A stretch of 64,000 nucleotides of DNA. Origin: an uncultured virus (IMG/VR IMGVR_UViG_2548877019_000001) (lineage: Duplodnaviria; Heunggongvirae; Uroviricota; Caudoviricetes). Below, piece by piece: positions 56,008 through 64,000 of this stretch (positions are counted from its first letter, which is position 1; each line of letters opens with the position of its first letter). The DNA lies in the IMG/VR virus record IMGVR_UViG_2548877019_000001, positions 1 to 64,000 of that record. One strand, written 5' to 3'. The position numbers were made by a program, and so were the translations under genes. A model generated the notes under the pieces. That model saw only the letters and a list, made by a program, of their open reading frames with translations, was not told the DNA's origin and searched no databases.

Positions 56008-56235
56008 GTGTTTATTACGGTTAAGTATCGTCGAGGTAAATGTTTACTTCGCGACCGACTCCGTGAAGCTGGAATGAACCAGGCGCAGCTCGCCGATAGG
56101 GCTGGCGTTGAAGAATCGCACGTATCCGGTTATGTACACGGAACAAAACGGATGAACCTGGATACTGCGAAAACTTTTTCGGTAATTCTAAACTGCCGCA
56201 TGGACGACCTGTACGAATGGATCGTCGAGGAATAA
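56008..56235 (+). CDS. XRE-family HTH regulator (true start possibly ATT 56014)
   Basis: MNQAQLADRAGVEESHVSGY...LNCRMDDLYEW. Confidence 0.88.
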   Translation: MFITVKYRRGKCLLRDRLREAGMNQAQLADRAGVEESHVSGYVHGTKRMNLDTAKTFSVILNCRMDDLYEWIVEE

Positions 56236-56258
56236 CCGGTAGTCGGTCGCTGACGGGA

Positions 56259-57272
56259 TTAAGTGTCGCCCGTCAACGAAAAACTTACCCGTTTAGGTAA
56301 CTTCACCCGCCACCTCTTAACGTCCTCTGCACGCTCATACACCGCCTTCAACTCCGCTCTCCCCTTCGCAAGCAAGAATTCATTCGCATCCTTTCCTTCC
56401 GTAATATATCCGTGTGCCAGTCCGACTTTCCCGTATAAATAACGTTCGACCTCCGCCCGCAACTTCTCGCCGGCCTTATCGTTATCCGTCACGATGGTTA
56501 CGTGTTCGATCGGAGACTGGACGATAATGTCCGCCTTCCGTTGGTTAAACGAAGAGCCACCGGTCCCGATCGCCGGCACTCCCGCCGTCATCCACGATTG
56601 CGCATCGATCTCCGCCTCGCATAGGACAACGCGCGTCAGCCGCCGATCATACACGACATTCATTCCGTAAACAAGGTCCCGAATAGGCCAGCCGCCTTTG
56701 ACGTACCAGAACGCCTTGCCCCGCGTTGACCGATTCTTTACGTTAGCGAGCCGGCCGTTTGGAAGCCGCCAGGGCAACGCAACCGCACCGCCAGCCATAC
56801 CGACGCCCATTAGCCGCTGGACAGCCGGCATGATTCCGCGCTTGTTTAAATAATCGTTAGGCCCCGCAGCCACGTCGTCAAGAATCGATTCCCTCAACGG
56901 TTCGCGAGTCTTTGCGAGCTTCAGCTTCGGCAGCCTGAGCGTGAGTTTTCCGTCATCTGATTCCGGCGCATACGCATCGATCAAGTATTCGATCGTCTCC
57001 TCTTCGGTTTCTTCGCGCAAGAATGCCAGAAGCTTAACGAACCCGCCCCGCGCATACTCTGCGTCATAATAGCCGCTATCGCCCCAATAACCGGCCTTTG
57101 CGGTCGCCGTGTCTTCGAGATAAACGTAAAAGCTAGGCATTCGGTCATAACGGAAAGGACTTGCGGCCAGGAGTCGCTCGTCCGTCCAGGTCGGCCGCGT
57201 CCATTCGAACTGTTCGAGCTCATATCGTATGTCGACGTCGACCGGACGGCCGTTTAACGTCAATGTCGGCAC
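56259..57272 (-). CDS. DNA primase (TOPRIM)
   Basis: YLNKRGI, LCEAEIDA, TDNDKAG, KDANE. Confidence 0.9.
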   Translation of the reverse strand: MPTLTLNGRPVDVDIRYELEQFEWTRPTWTDERLLAASPFRYDRMPSFYVYLEDTATAKAGYWGDSGYYDAEYARGGFVKLLAFLREETEEETIEYLIDAYAPESDDGKLTLRLPKLKLAKTREPLRESILDDVAAGPNDYLNKRGIMPAVQRLMGVGMAGGAVALPWRLPNGRLANVKNRSTRGKAFWYVKGGWPIRDLVYGMNVVYDRRLTRVVLCEAEIDAQSWMTAGVPAIGTGGSSFNQRKADIIVQSPIEHVTIVTDNDKAGEKLRAEVERYLYGKVGLAHGYITEGKDANEFLLAKGRAELKAVYERAEDVKRWRVKLPKRVSFSLTGDT

Positions 57273-57407
57273 TTTAGTCCCACTCCTTTCGCCCTAATTA
57301 GGCCGGATTGTTCTATATATTACGCCCTGTTTTCGAAAAATTCCATCGTATTTTGTCGAAAGAATCACGGTAAATGTTGACAATGTTATCCGTTATATTC
57401 CAACTCC

Positions 57408-58748
57408 TTAAAAGTCGAACTGATCCGCTGACCCTTCGGCTCCTCCTAGTTGTTTGATGACGCCAAACTGCGGCAGATAAACGATCTCAGCGCTCTTCCC
57501 TTCGCCGCCATCACGGCCTTTGTTCAGACCGATCAGGCCTCGCCCTTCCTCTGCGTTCGTATCCACCGCAATCAATAACGCAGCATCTTCGAGCAACGCC
57601 TTCGTTTTCTTGACGTCCTTACGCTGCGGTAGTTTTAATTCAGAGTCAGCGTCTTTCCCTTCACCTTCTTCTGCTTGCGTCAACGCAAAGACAGTCGTTT
57701 TTGTTTGGCCGGCCAGACGACGGAGTTTCATCGATGTATTAGCCGCGTCTCCCCCCGCAGTCTTTGACGTGTTCTTTTCGTAATCGAGGTAGTAAAACGG
57801 ATCGATTAGAACGACGTCAGCTTTCGTTTCGAGTATATCCGCCTTCAGATCGCGGAGTTTCCGGGAGTCGAAGTCCTCGTCGTCTACCGCGCGGACAATG
57901 ATGTTGCCCGGAATCAATTCGTTCATCTTATCGAGGAACTCCATAAAGCCGGATTCGAATTCGTCGGGTAGCTTTCCCTGGCGAACATCCCGCGAATTAA
58001 ATCCGGCCTCAATATCGACGCCATCAAGATTCGCTTTTGTCACGCCAATGCTTGCCGAAATGGAAACGTAAAGCCTGACGAGAACCTCGTACCATCCCAT
58101 TTCCATCGACCAGATTAGAACGTTCGCCCCCTGCATCGCGCAATTAATCGCTTCCTCCAACGCTATGGCCGATTTTCCCCGTCCGGATTTACCATAAATA
58201 ACGTATACGTTCGACGAAACATAGCCGCCCATCGCCCGGTTTATGAATTCGAATTTGCTGCGCCAGATCCGGAAAGACTCGCCAGCCTTGCGGTTTTCGT
58301 ATTCGGCTTTAAATTTGTCGATATCTTTTTTGATGTCGGTGCCAACCGAACTACGAACGTTTGTTCTTATTTTAAGACTTTCGACTTTTTCCGTCAACCA
58401 CGAAAATAATTCTTCCGGATTATCTTGCGCTTGGCTAAACCGTTCCGGAAGCTCCTTTTCCGCAATATCGACGAACTCTCGCAACGCAGCCTGTTTCCGT
58501 AGTTTTTCCGCAAGGTAATCGTAATTGGCATCGATATTAAAATCCGGCTGGAAGTCCGGAACCTCATTCGCCACCATCTCGGCCGTTGGCGCCTGGCCCC
58601 CGTGTTTCTCCGCGTATTCCGTGATGTATCGGAGTGCTTTGCGTTCGCCTTCCGTTGGTAAGTCCTCGGCGGTAATATTAAAGCGCAGCAGCGCGTTCGG
58701 ATCGTTCTGCTCGATCACTTTCGATAGCATTAAAACACCGTAGTTCAT
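57408..58748 (-). CDS. DnaB-like replicative helicase
   Basis: GKSGRGKS, SMEM, LIDPFY, ALTQ, KGRDG. Confidence 0.92.
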   Translation of the reverse strand: MNYGVLMLSKVIEQNDPNALLRFNITAEDLPTEGERKALRYITEYAEKHGGQAPTAEMVANEVPDFQPDFNIDANYDYLAEKLRKQAALREFVDIAEKELPERFSQAQDNPEELFSWLTEKVESLKIRTNVRSSVGTDIKKDIDKFKAEYENRKAGESFRIWRSKFEFINRAMGGYVSSNVYVIYGKSGRGKSAIALEEAINCAMQGANVLIWSMEMGWYEVLVRLYVSISASIGVTKANLDGVDIEAGFNSRDVRQGKLPDEFESGFMEFLDKMNELIPGNIIVRAVDDEDFDSRKLRDLKADILETKADVVLIDPFYYLDYEKNTSKTAGGDAANTSMKLRRLAGQTKTTVFALTQAEEGEGKDADSELKLPQRKDVKKTKALLEDAALLIAVDTNAEEGRGLIGLNKGRDGGEGKSAEIVYLPQFGVIKQLGGAEGSADQFDF

Positions 58749-58948
58749 CCGCGATCCCTCCTCACTCTCTTAACGTAAATGACTCGTACGCCCCTTTTCG
58801 CCTGCTCTGCGATTTCAATTCGAATGCGGAAGTAGTCGGCTGCGCTCTCGAACATTCCCGAAATGAAGTCCGCAGCAACTCCGATGTAATAGAACGCCCA
58901 ATCAAGCGCAGCAAACATCCACTTTAACGGATAGAGTAGGCAGTACAT
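58745..58948 (-). CDS. Hypothetical protein
   Basis: Operon packing, RBS. Confidence 0.65.
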   Translation of the reverse strand: MYCLLYPLKWMFAALDWAFYYIGVAADFISGMFESAADYFRIRIEIAEQAKRGVRVIYVKRVRRDRG

Positions 58949-59448
58949 TATCGCTCGACCTCCCGCTTCAATTTCGCCTTAGCTTCGTCCTGCTTCGCCT
59001 TGTATTCCTCGTCGCCGTACATCGCTTCCAGACGTTTGTAATCGTTTAACTCGTCGAGCAGCTCATCGATTTTCTTCGTTTTCTTTTTCGCCATTTCACT
59101 CCCCGCCTTTTCTAGTCCTTCGCTAATCGCAGACGCCAGTTTAATGCTCGGCAATTCCGGAAGATATTCCGCCCAATGAATCGCCGTTCCCTCCGGCTCC
59201 GGATAGTTTTCGTAATCAACTCCGTCAAGATATTCGTCAACAAACTGACTGCGGCAGACTAGGCGGATATAGTTCGCGTCGGCGAAAATCCATTCGCCGT
59301 GGATTGCGTCAGTCAGATCGAACTCAACGTAGGCAGAGACGCCGGTATCATCCGTTTTCTTAACGTCTCGGCGCGCTTCTACGAAGAATATGCGATCAGG
59401 ATATCCGTCTACTGCGACCAGATCTCCGATAGTGATTTCGGCTTTCAT
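58948..59448 (-). CDS. Hypothetical protein with IDEAL-like C-terminus
   Basis: IDELLDELNDYKRL..YGDEEY. Confidence 0.7.
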   Translation of the reverse strand: MKAEITIGDLVAVDGYPDRIFFVEARRDVKKTDDTGVSAYVEFDLTDAIHGEWIFADANYIRLVCRSQFVDEYLDGVDYENYPEPEGTAIHWAEYLPELPSIKLASAISEGLEKAGSEMAKKKTKKIDELLDELNDYKRLEAMYGDEEYKAKQDEAKAKLKREVER

Positions 59449-59816
59449 GATCGACCACTCCCGTAATAAACGATCGATATTTTTAACCCATGCTCCCTTG
59501 CGAGATCGATCATATGCTTAGTTCCTCGGCTCTTCCCGTCCCAAAACGCCACGAGTGCGTCAGCTTCTTTCGCCATCTCCTTATTACGAATATATCCCGC
59601 AGCCTTTCCGAATCTATCCCAATCGGCCGGGTGCTCACTTACCCTATATCCGCGTTCGTCAGCGTATCTTTCTCCGAGAGCATCGGCTCCCCTTGCCTTT
59701 CCGGAAACGATTATAATTTCTTCGTCCTGTCTATTTCGCAAAACTGAGTCCATCTTTTGGCGCAATAATTCGTAGTTATTGAAATCGCGTCCGCCGGCAA
59801 TAATCACTTTAATCAT
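59445..59816 (-). CDS. SLOG-family (YspA/DUF2493-like) protein
   Basis: IIAGGRDF, SGKARGAD, PADW, AGYIRN, FWDGKSRGT. Confidence 0.88.
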   Translation of the reverse strand: MIKVIIAGGRDFNNYELLRQKMDSVLRNRQDEEIIIVSGKARGADALGERYADERGYRVSEHPADWDRFGKAAGYIRNKEMAKEADALVAFWDGKSRGTKHMIDLAREHGLKISIVYYGSGRS

Positions 59817-60580
59817 CTCCGCAGCCCCCTTTTCGATTCGCCTTCGAATTCAATCACGCGGCATAGGTCACGAATACGGTCCGTCAGACGTTGCTCTCCG
59901 AAAACGTCCGGCAGCCGTTCGATCGCAATGTTGCTCGTGTAGACAGTCGGTAACTGATTCGTCACTCTTGCGTTAACTATTGCGTGAAGATAGCCGCGAA
60001 ATGCCGGCGTACAATCCCGCACCCCTACGTCATCCAGTACTGCAAAGGGAGCCGTCATCGCCAGCGTCATCTTCCGTTTGAATTCCGTCATGCCGTCCTC
60101 GTCGTTCGTCATGGTTGCGAGGTTGAATTCCGTCTGCCATTCGTTCACATCGAGGAAATAGGCCGGACGCAGTGACGGCGTTAAACCTCTCCGCAAAGAT
60201 CCGCTGTAATAGACGCGCAGCCATTCGTTAAGGATTGCCGCCGCTGTCGTCGTCTTTCCGGTGCCAGAGTTCGCGCTGAAGAGATACAACGACTTGATAC
60301 GGTCAGCCGGTTCGATGTAGCCTTCCGTCTGCTCAAACTGACGCTCGAACGTCTTGACGTAGTTTTCAACCGATTTATATATCGCTGGCTGATCCGCTCT
60401 GGCTGGCGAATTGGCAAGCGTTGTCAGTCGATATTCTCGCGGTAAGCCTGCCGCCGCTGACCGCCCGCCGTTTCCTGTCGCGCCGTGTAGTGCGATGAAG
60501 TGCGGGCATCGGCGGTTACAGGCGGACGTGCCGGCCGCTTTGCATCCGGTAGCCAGGACGCAGTTTCTTTCGTTAGTCAA
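59813..60580 (-). CDS. DnaC/IstB-like helicase loader ATPase
   Basis: N-terminal Cys cluster, SGTGKTT, VLDDVG, YTSN, DRI. Confidence 0.9.
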   Translation of the reverse strand: MTNERNCVLATGCKAAGTSACNRRCPHFIALHGATGNGGRSAAAGLPREYRLTTLANSPARADQPAIYKSVENYVKTFERQFEQTEGYIEPADRIKSLYLFSANSGTGKTTTAAAILNEWLRVYYSGSLRRGLTPSLRPAYFLDVNEWQTEFNLATMTNDEDGMTEFKRKMTLAMTAPFAVLDDVGVRDCTPAFRGYLHAIVNARVTNQLPTVYTSNIAIERLPDVFGEQRLTDRIRDLCRVIEFEGESKRGLRR

Positions 60581-60598
60581 TGGCGTTCACTCCTTTCG

Positions 60599-60745
60599 TT
60601 AGTTCTCGATTACGTTTACTACGTGGATATTTCCGTTGTGTTTGTCTACGAGGAGATATACGGTGTACTCATCCCCTTTTACGACGTGTAGCATACCTTC
60701 GACGAAATCGAGATCAGTCGTTACTCTTGCTGGATCGTATGTCAT
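60599..60745 (-). CDS. 48-aa hypothetical protein
   Basis: Not in ORF track; ATGA overlap. Confidence 0.55.
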   Translation of the reverse strand: MTYDPARVTTDLDFVEGMLHVVKGDEYTVYLLVDKHNGNIHVVNVIEN

Positions 60746-61380
60746 TCGCCCACCCCCGTCCGGCTGTCGTCGATGATTTTTAAGAACGACTCTTCTCCGT
60801 ATTCATCAATCCCTTCCGTTACTGTAGGTAAATAGTCGAATAATCCATCCTCATAAAAAACCTTGTCTTCGCTTACATTCACGATTTTCCCGTAATAATC
60901 CGCAACCTCATTAATTTCGAAACTACCGACAACATCTCCCACACGAACCTCAGTCGGCTGCGGTGCGTTAAGATATTCGTCAGGTACTTCGAGTCCAAGT
61001 GCGCGATGGAGAGCGATGGCTTCTCCGATATGGATGTTAAAGCAGTCGTCCGGCGCACATATTGCCGTTCCATAAAACGCAGTCCTGCTATTCGGTTTCT
61101 TTGCGACCGCCTCTACGGTTCGACTTTCACGGTTGATATCGAACGTAATATCGAAAGTCCGCCACAATCTATTATTCGTCCTAAGACGTTCAACGTCCGC
61201 CTTCGCTCGCTCAACGATTTCATCCCGGCGTTCTTGTGCGGTCTTTTCAACCGGTGCCTGCGCCATTAATTCACGCCTCGCATCTTCGTATCCTTTTGCG
61301 TATGCAGCTAGCCGCAATTCCTCGATCGCATCTCGCGCTGTTTCTACCGCAATGTCATATCGTTGTTCAACGTTTTCCAT
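60742..61380 (-). CDS. Hypothetical phage protein
   Basis: ATG 61380 after GGAGG; GTAICAPDDCFNIHIGEAIAL motif. Confidence 0.75.
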   Translation of the reverse strand: MENVEQRYDIAVETARDAIEELRLAAYAKGYEDARRELMAQAPVEKTAQERRDEIVERAKADVERLRTNNRLWRTFDITFDINRESRTVEAVAKKPNSRTAFYGTAICAPDDCFNIHIGEAIALHRALGLEVPDEYLNAPQPTEVRVGDVVGSFEINEVADYYGKIVNVSEDKVFYEDGLFDYLPTVTEGIDEYGEESFLKIIDDSRTGVGE

Positions 61381-61396
61381 TTCGCAATCCCTCCGT

Positions 61397-61780
61397 TTAA
61401 TAAAAGTCGTCGCCGATTTCCGCCTGCTGCTCCCGCCTTTGTTGCGCCGCTGCTTCGGCCCTGATTTCCGCCACTGCCCGCTGCAAATTCCGTCCCATAT
61501 ACGTCTGCATAAATCCGAAGCTGATACCCGGCCATTCTGCCGTAGGCCTGTATTCCGCAAAGCACAGATCGATGAATCGCTTCGTTATTTCCGGCCCGTA
61601 TTCGCCTGGCTTCCGTTTCGTTCCGACCCAGCGCCCGAGCATTCCCGCTTCGGCCTTCCATGGTTCGCGAGTAGGCATCGGAACGTAAGGGACGCCGTAA
61701 AGCCGCTCATGCTCCGCCTTTAAATACGATTGAAAGTCGCGCACATTCCACTTGGATAACGGTTTATCTGTCGTCGGCAT
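61397..61780 (-). CDS. Hypothetical protein (possible small replication initiator)
   Basis: KWNVRDFQSY motif; upstream of the DnaC-like gene. Confidence 0.6.
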   Translation of the reverse strand: MPTTDKPLSKWNVRDFQSYLKAEHERLYGVPYVPMPTREPWKAEAGMLGRWVGTKRKPGEYGPEITKRFIDLCFAEYRPTAEWPGISFGFMQTYMGRNLQRAVAEIRAEAAAQQRREQQAEIGDDFY

Positions 61781-62180
61781 TTTCGTCACCCATTTCGTTA
61801 AGAATCGCATAATAATCGTATTCTTGCGCATAGGATTCGTAGAGGTCGATTTTACGACGCAAGTCCGAAATTTCCTTCGCCATGTGATCCTTTTCCGCTA
61901 ACAACGATTCAATAACGGGTCGGTCGGCAATCGGACACATTCTCGCTATCTCTGACGTAAGCTCCGCAATGTGGTCGAGCAAAGCCGGAATATCTTGCCG
62001 GGCGTGCGCGATGAACTCTGCGTCTTCTTTCGTTACTGCCGCCGCAACGCCGTCCCAATGTGTGTTTACCCAATACCGAAGATTTTCGTTTCCCGGCCAT
62101 TCATGATCATCTGCGCCCCAATATCCCCCCGTTGCCGCTTCTACACGCTGACGGATCGCTTCGATATCGTCTTTTGTCAT
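61764..62180 (-). CDS. Ead/Ea22-like protein
   Basis: AATGGYW...DAEFIAHARQDIPALLD. Confidence 0.75.
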   Translation of the reverse strand: MTKDDIEAIRQRVEAATGGYWGADDHEWPGNENLRYWVNTHWDGVAAAVTKEDAEFIAHARQDIPALLDHIAELTSEIARMCPIADRPVIESLLAEKDHMAKEISDLRRKIDLYESYAQEYDYYAILNEMGDENADDR

Positions 62181-62494
62181 TACGCATTCACTCCTTCGAT
62201 TTTGATTCCTAGTTTGTATAATGTTTCGCGAATGGCCGCTTTCCGTTCCTCTGCGCTAGGTGAACCTCCGTGAGATTCGTAAAACTCCCGCACCTTCTCC
62301 TCCGGCGTCTTTTCGACTTCATATCCGTTGATTAATGCGGCCGCGAGCGTCATGATGTCGAGATCTTCAAGCTCACCGCCGAGTATTCCATCGCAAGCCG
62401 CCATTAGGATGTATTCATCGTAATTCGCTTTGCGCATAAGATCTAACGCTTCCGCCTGCTCCTTCGTAATTACCGGCTTTTTAACTTCGCTCAT
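62180..62494 (-). CDS. Hypothetical protein (DUF1642-like)
   Basis: KPVITKEQA...ALINGYEVEK. Confidence 0.7.
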   Translation of the reverse strand: MSEVKKPVITKEQAEALDLMRKANYDEYILMAACDGILGGELEDLDIMTLAAALINGYEVEKTPEEKVREFYESHGGSPSAEERKAAIRETLYKLGIKIEGVNA

Positions 62495-62668
62495 CTATTC
62501 GTCCTCCTTCGCGAGAATATCGTACGCATACAGTTGTATATCGAAACGAACAATGCCGTTGTCGTCCGAATATATCTGCGAACCCTTGACGTTAAATCCT
62601 TTTTGCGCAAAGTGATCCCGGAGTATTTTCCGAATCTCGTCGTCAATCATCGTAATTGTAACGTTCAT
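62495..62668 (-). CDS. 57-aa hypothetical protein
   Basis: Not in ORF track; AAGGAGG RBS, ATGA overlap. Confidence 0.65.
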   Translation of the reverse strand: MNVTITMIDDEIRKILRDHFAQKGFNVKGSQIYSDDNGIVRFDIQLYAYDILAKEDE

Positions 62669-62913
62669 CGTTCGCCCTCCTTTAATTCGCTCATTAGCAG
62701 TCCGTGCAATGCGGTGATGGTATGCCGCTGATCAGCCGAAAGATTATCCGGAAGTTTCATCGAAATCACGCCCGGCTCTGAAGGCTGCCACTCTGACCTG
62801 ACGTAGAGGTCGGCCGTAAGTTCCTCCGCTTCCTCAATCGTGTGTTTCAGCCGCTCGTTTTCCGCAATTAATTTTGCTACAGTACAGCGCAGGCCTGTGA
62901 TTTCGTCTGTCAT
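62665..62913 (-). CDS. Hypothetical protein
   Basis: AAGGAGG RBS. Confidence 0.7.
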   Translation of the reverse strand: MTDEITGLRCTVAKLIAENERLKHTIEEAEELTADLYVRSEWQPSEPGVISMKLPDNLSADQRHTITALHGLLMSELKEGER

Positions 62914-63245
62914 TTTAGCGCCTCCTTTGCGTGTAAATTTATTTCGTATAGCTCAGTAATCGGAACTAAATCGACTGGTTCTTCGGGAAGCTCCGACTTC
63001 GATTGGATTAACTTCAGCGCCTTCTTCAGCCGCTCGTTTTCCGCAATCAACCCGGCAACGGCACAACGCAGGTCTGCGATTTCTTTAGTTTCCGGAAACA
63101 GATCGAACGTCGTCAACTCACGCTCTGATCCGTCTTCCTCCTTGATAAAAACGCCGCCCTCTCCCGGAGCAACCTCCCGCACCTCAATGCCGAGTTCCTT
63201 TGCGACCTTGATAATGTGGTCTATATCGAATTTTGGAACGATCAT
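62910..63245 (-). CDS. Hypothetical protein
   Basis: ATG 63245 after GGAGG. Confidence 0.7.
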   Translation of the reverse strand: MIVPKFDIDHIIKVAKELGIEVREVAPGEGGVFIKEEDGSERELTTFDLFPETKEIADLRCAVAGLIAENERLKKALKLIQSKSELPEEPVDLVPITELYEINLHAKEALK

Positions 63246-63246
63246 T

Positions 63247-63384
63247 TTAACGCCTCCACTCATCGTCTTTTTTGATAACCGTCAGACCTTCCTCGCTTCG
63301 TTTGGTGTTTTCCTCCGCAATCTCGGCTAATTTCAAACGCTGTTTGTCGGTGAGCTCCGAGATTCGTCTCGTATCCTCCGCCAC
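63247..63384 (-). CDS. 45-aa hypothetical protein (MAEDTRRISELTDKQ...)
   Basis: Not in ORF track; GAGGAGG RBS, GTG start. Confidence 0.6.
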   Translation of the reverse strand: MAEDTRRISELTDKQRLKLAEIAEENTKRSEEGLTVIKKDDEWRR

Positions 63385-63413
63385 GTTTTCGCCTCCTCTC
63401 CGTCGTTTTAACG

Positions 63414-63743
63414 TTATCCCTTACGAATACCCTCGACCGTCAGCAAAGCCGCTAATTCCCCGCGAAATTCCCGTATAATTCGTGCGAGCTCTTCCAGCGT
63501 CTTGGCGTCCGATAATTTAATCCGCCGATCCATGACGAACATGATTGCGCGGTCAATCGATGAGAAGTACGCGACCTCCCGCCAACGTGCGATTGGTGAC
63601 GGATCAAGGTCGGGATTTTCGGCAAGCCGCTTCGGCCAGTTCGGCGCTTTCGTTGGATCGGTGAAATAGCGTTCATTGACGATGATATTGCGTTCGTCTG
63701 ACGTGAGTTTGTAATCGGGGGATAGCGTGATGTTAATCGTCAT
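63414..63743 (-). CDS. Hypothetical phage protein
   Basis: YKLTSDERNII motif; AAGGAG RBS. Confidence 0.7.
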   Translation of the reverse strand: MTINITLSPDYKLTSDERNIIVNERYFTDPTKAPNWPKRLAENPDLDPSPIARWREVAYFSSIDRAIMFVMDRRIKLSDAKTLEELARIIREFRGELAALLTVEGIRKG

Positions 63744-63999
63744 GAGTTTCGTCATCTCCTTCGTTGATAAATTGATTGAGAAAGTCGCGAATAGGTCGCA
63801 TCGGAACTTCGCTCAGTCCGAACGCACCACCGAACAGCACCGAGTTTATTTTCTGCCCGTGATTCCGCATTAGCTTTCCGATACCAAACTCCGGACTGCA
63901 CGGGCATTTCGGGTCACTACAGTACCTAAAGTCGTTAATATATTGCGTAGCGTGTACGATTAGCTCTAAGAAGATAATACGCAGCTCATCCTTATCAGG
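63733..63999 (-). CDS. Partial hypothetical protein (5' end outside the window)
   Basis: Open frame from the window edge with CSDPKCPC motif. Confidence 0.6.
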   Translation of the reverse strand, partial: PDKDELRIIFLELIVHATQYINDFRYCSDPKCPCSPEFGIGKLMRNHGQKINSVLFGGAFGLSEVPMRPIRDFLNQFINEGDDETHDD

Positions 64000-64000
64000 T

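Larger units (their letters stand above)
1..64000. mobile_element. Temperate siphovirus prophage (Bacillus subtilis group); left part, continues beyond the window
   Basis: Contiguous lysis, tail, head, packaging, nucleotide metabolism, replication and arbitrium modules; tRNA at the left edge. Confidence 0.97.

Noticed and set aside
54190..57330. Similar CGT..TATATAG motifs upstream of the sigma-like gene (about 54197-54208) and primase (about 57313-57324)
   Set aside because: Only two short AT-rich matches; too weak to call a phage-sigma promoter

Overview
The whole window is the left ~64 kb of a temperate siphovirus prophage of a Bacillus subtilis-group host; host assignment is inferred from gene content and the tRNA sequence. 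It begins at the 5' half of a tRNA-Leu(CAA), the likely att boundary. Left to right, mostly on the minus strand: a Rep-like HTH gene, an XRE regulator and a TarM/TagE-like teichoic-acid glycosyltransferase moron; lysis genes (2 holins, amidase); tail genes (BppU fibre, RBP, Tal, Dit, TMP); HK97-type head and packaging genes (capsid, ClpP protease, portal, terminases, HNH); a 2-3 kb structured, repeat-rich control region; an accessory block (small membrane peptides, ATP-dependent ligase, type VII lipase toxin cassette); late regulators; nucleotide metabolism (dNMP kinase, ThyX, dUTPase, nrdIEF); DNA replication and recombination (RuvC-like, Cas4-like, PolA, SSB, primase, DnaB, DnaC-like); and an arbitrium (aimR-aimP) locus. 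No integrase lies in the window. Most notable: (i) an arbitrium system with predicted peptide GIKVGG whose next gene is a sigma-like factor opposed by an antisense promoter; (ii) three programmed frameshifts in structural genes; (iii) a phage-borne reverse-architecture T7SS lipase toxin with a divergent candidate immunity gene; (iv) a twice-repeated late-promoter motif followed by terminators, next to a possible split sigma factor; (v) several unexplained repeated or structured non-coding elements; (vi) four genes that appear to start at non-canonical AUN codons; (vii) a homopolymer frameshift in nrdF. All protein assignments are from motif recognition by eye, with no database search.
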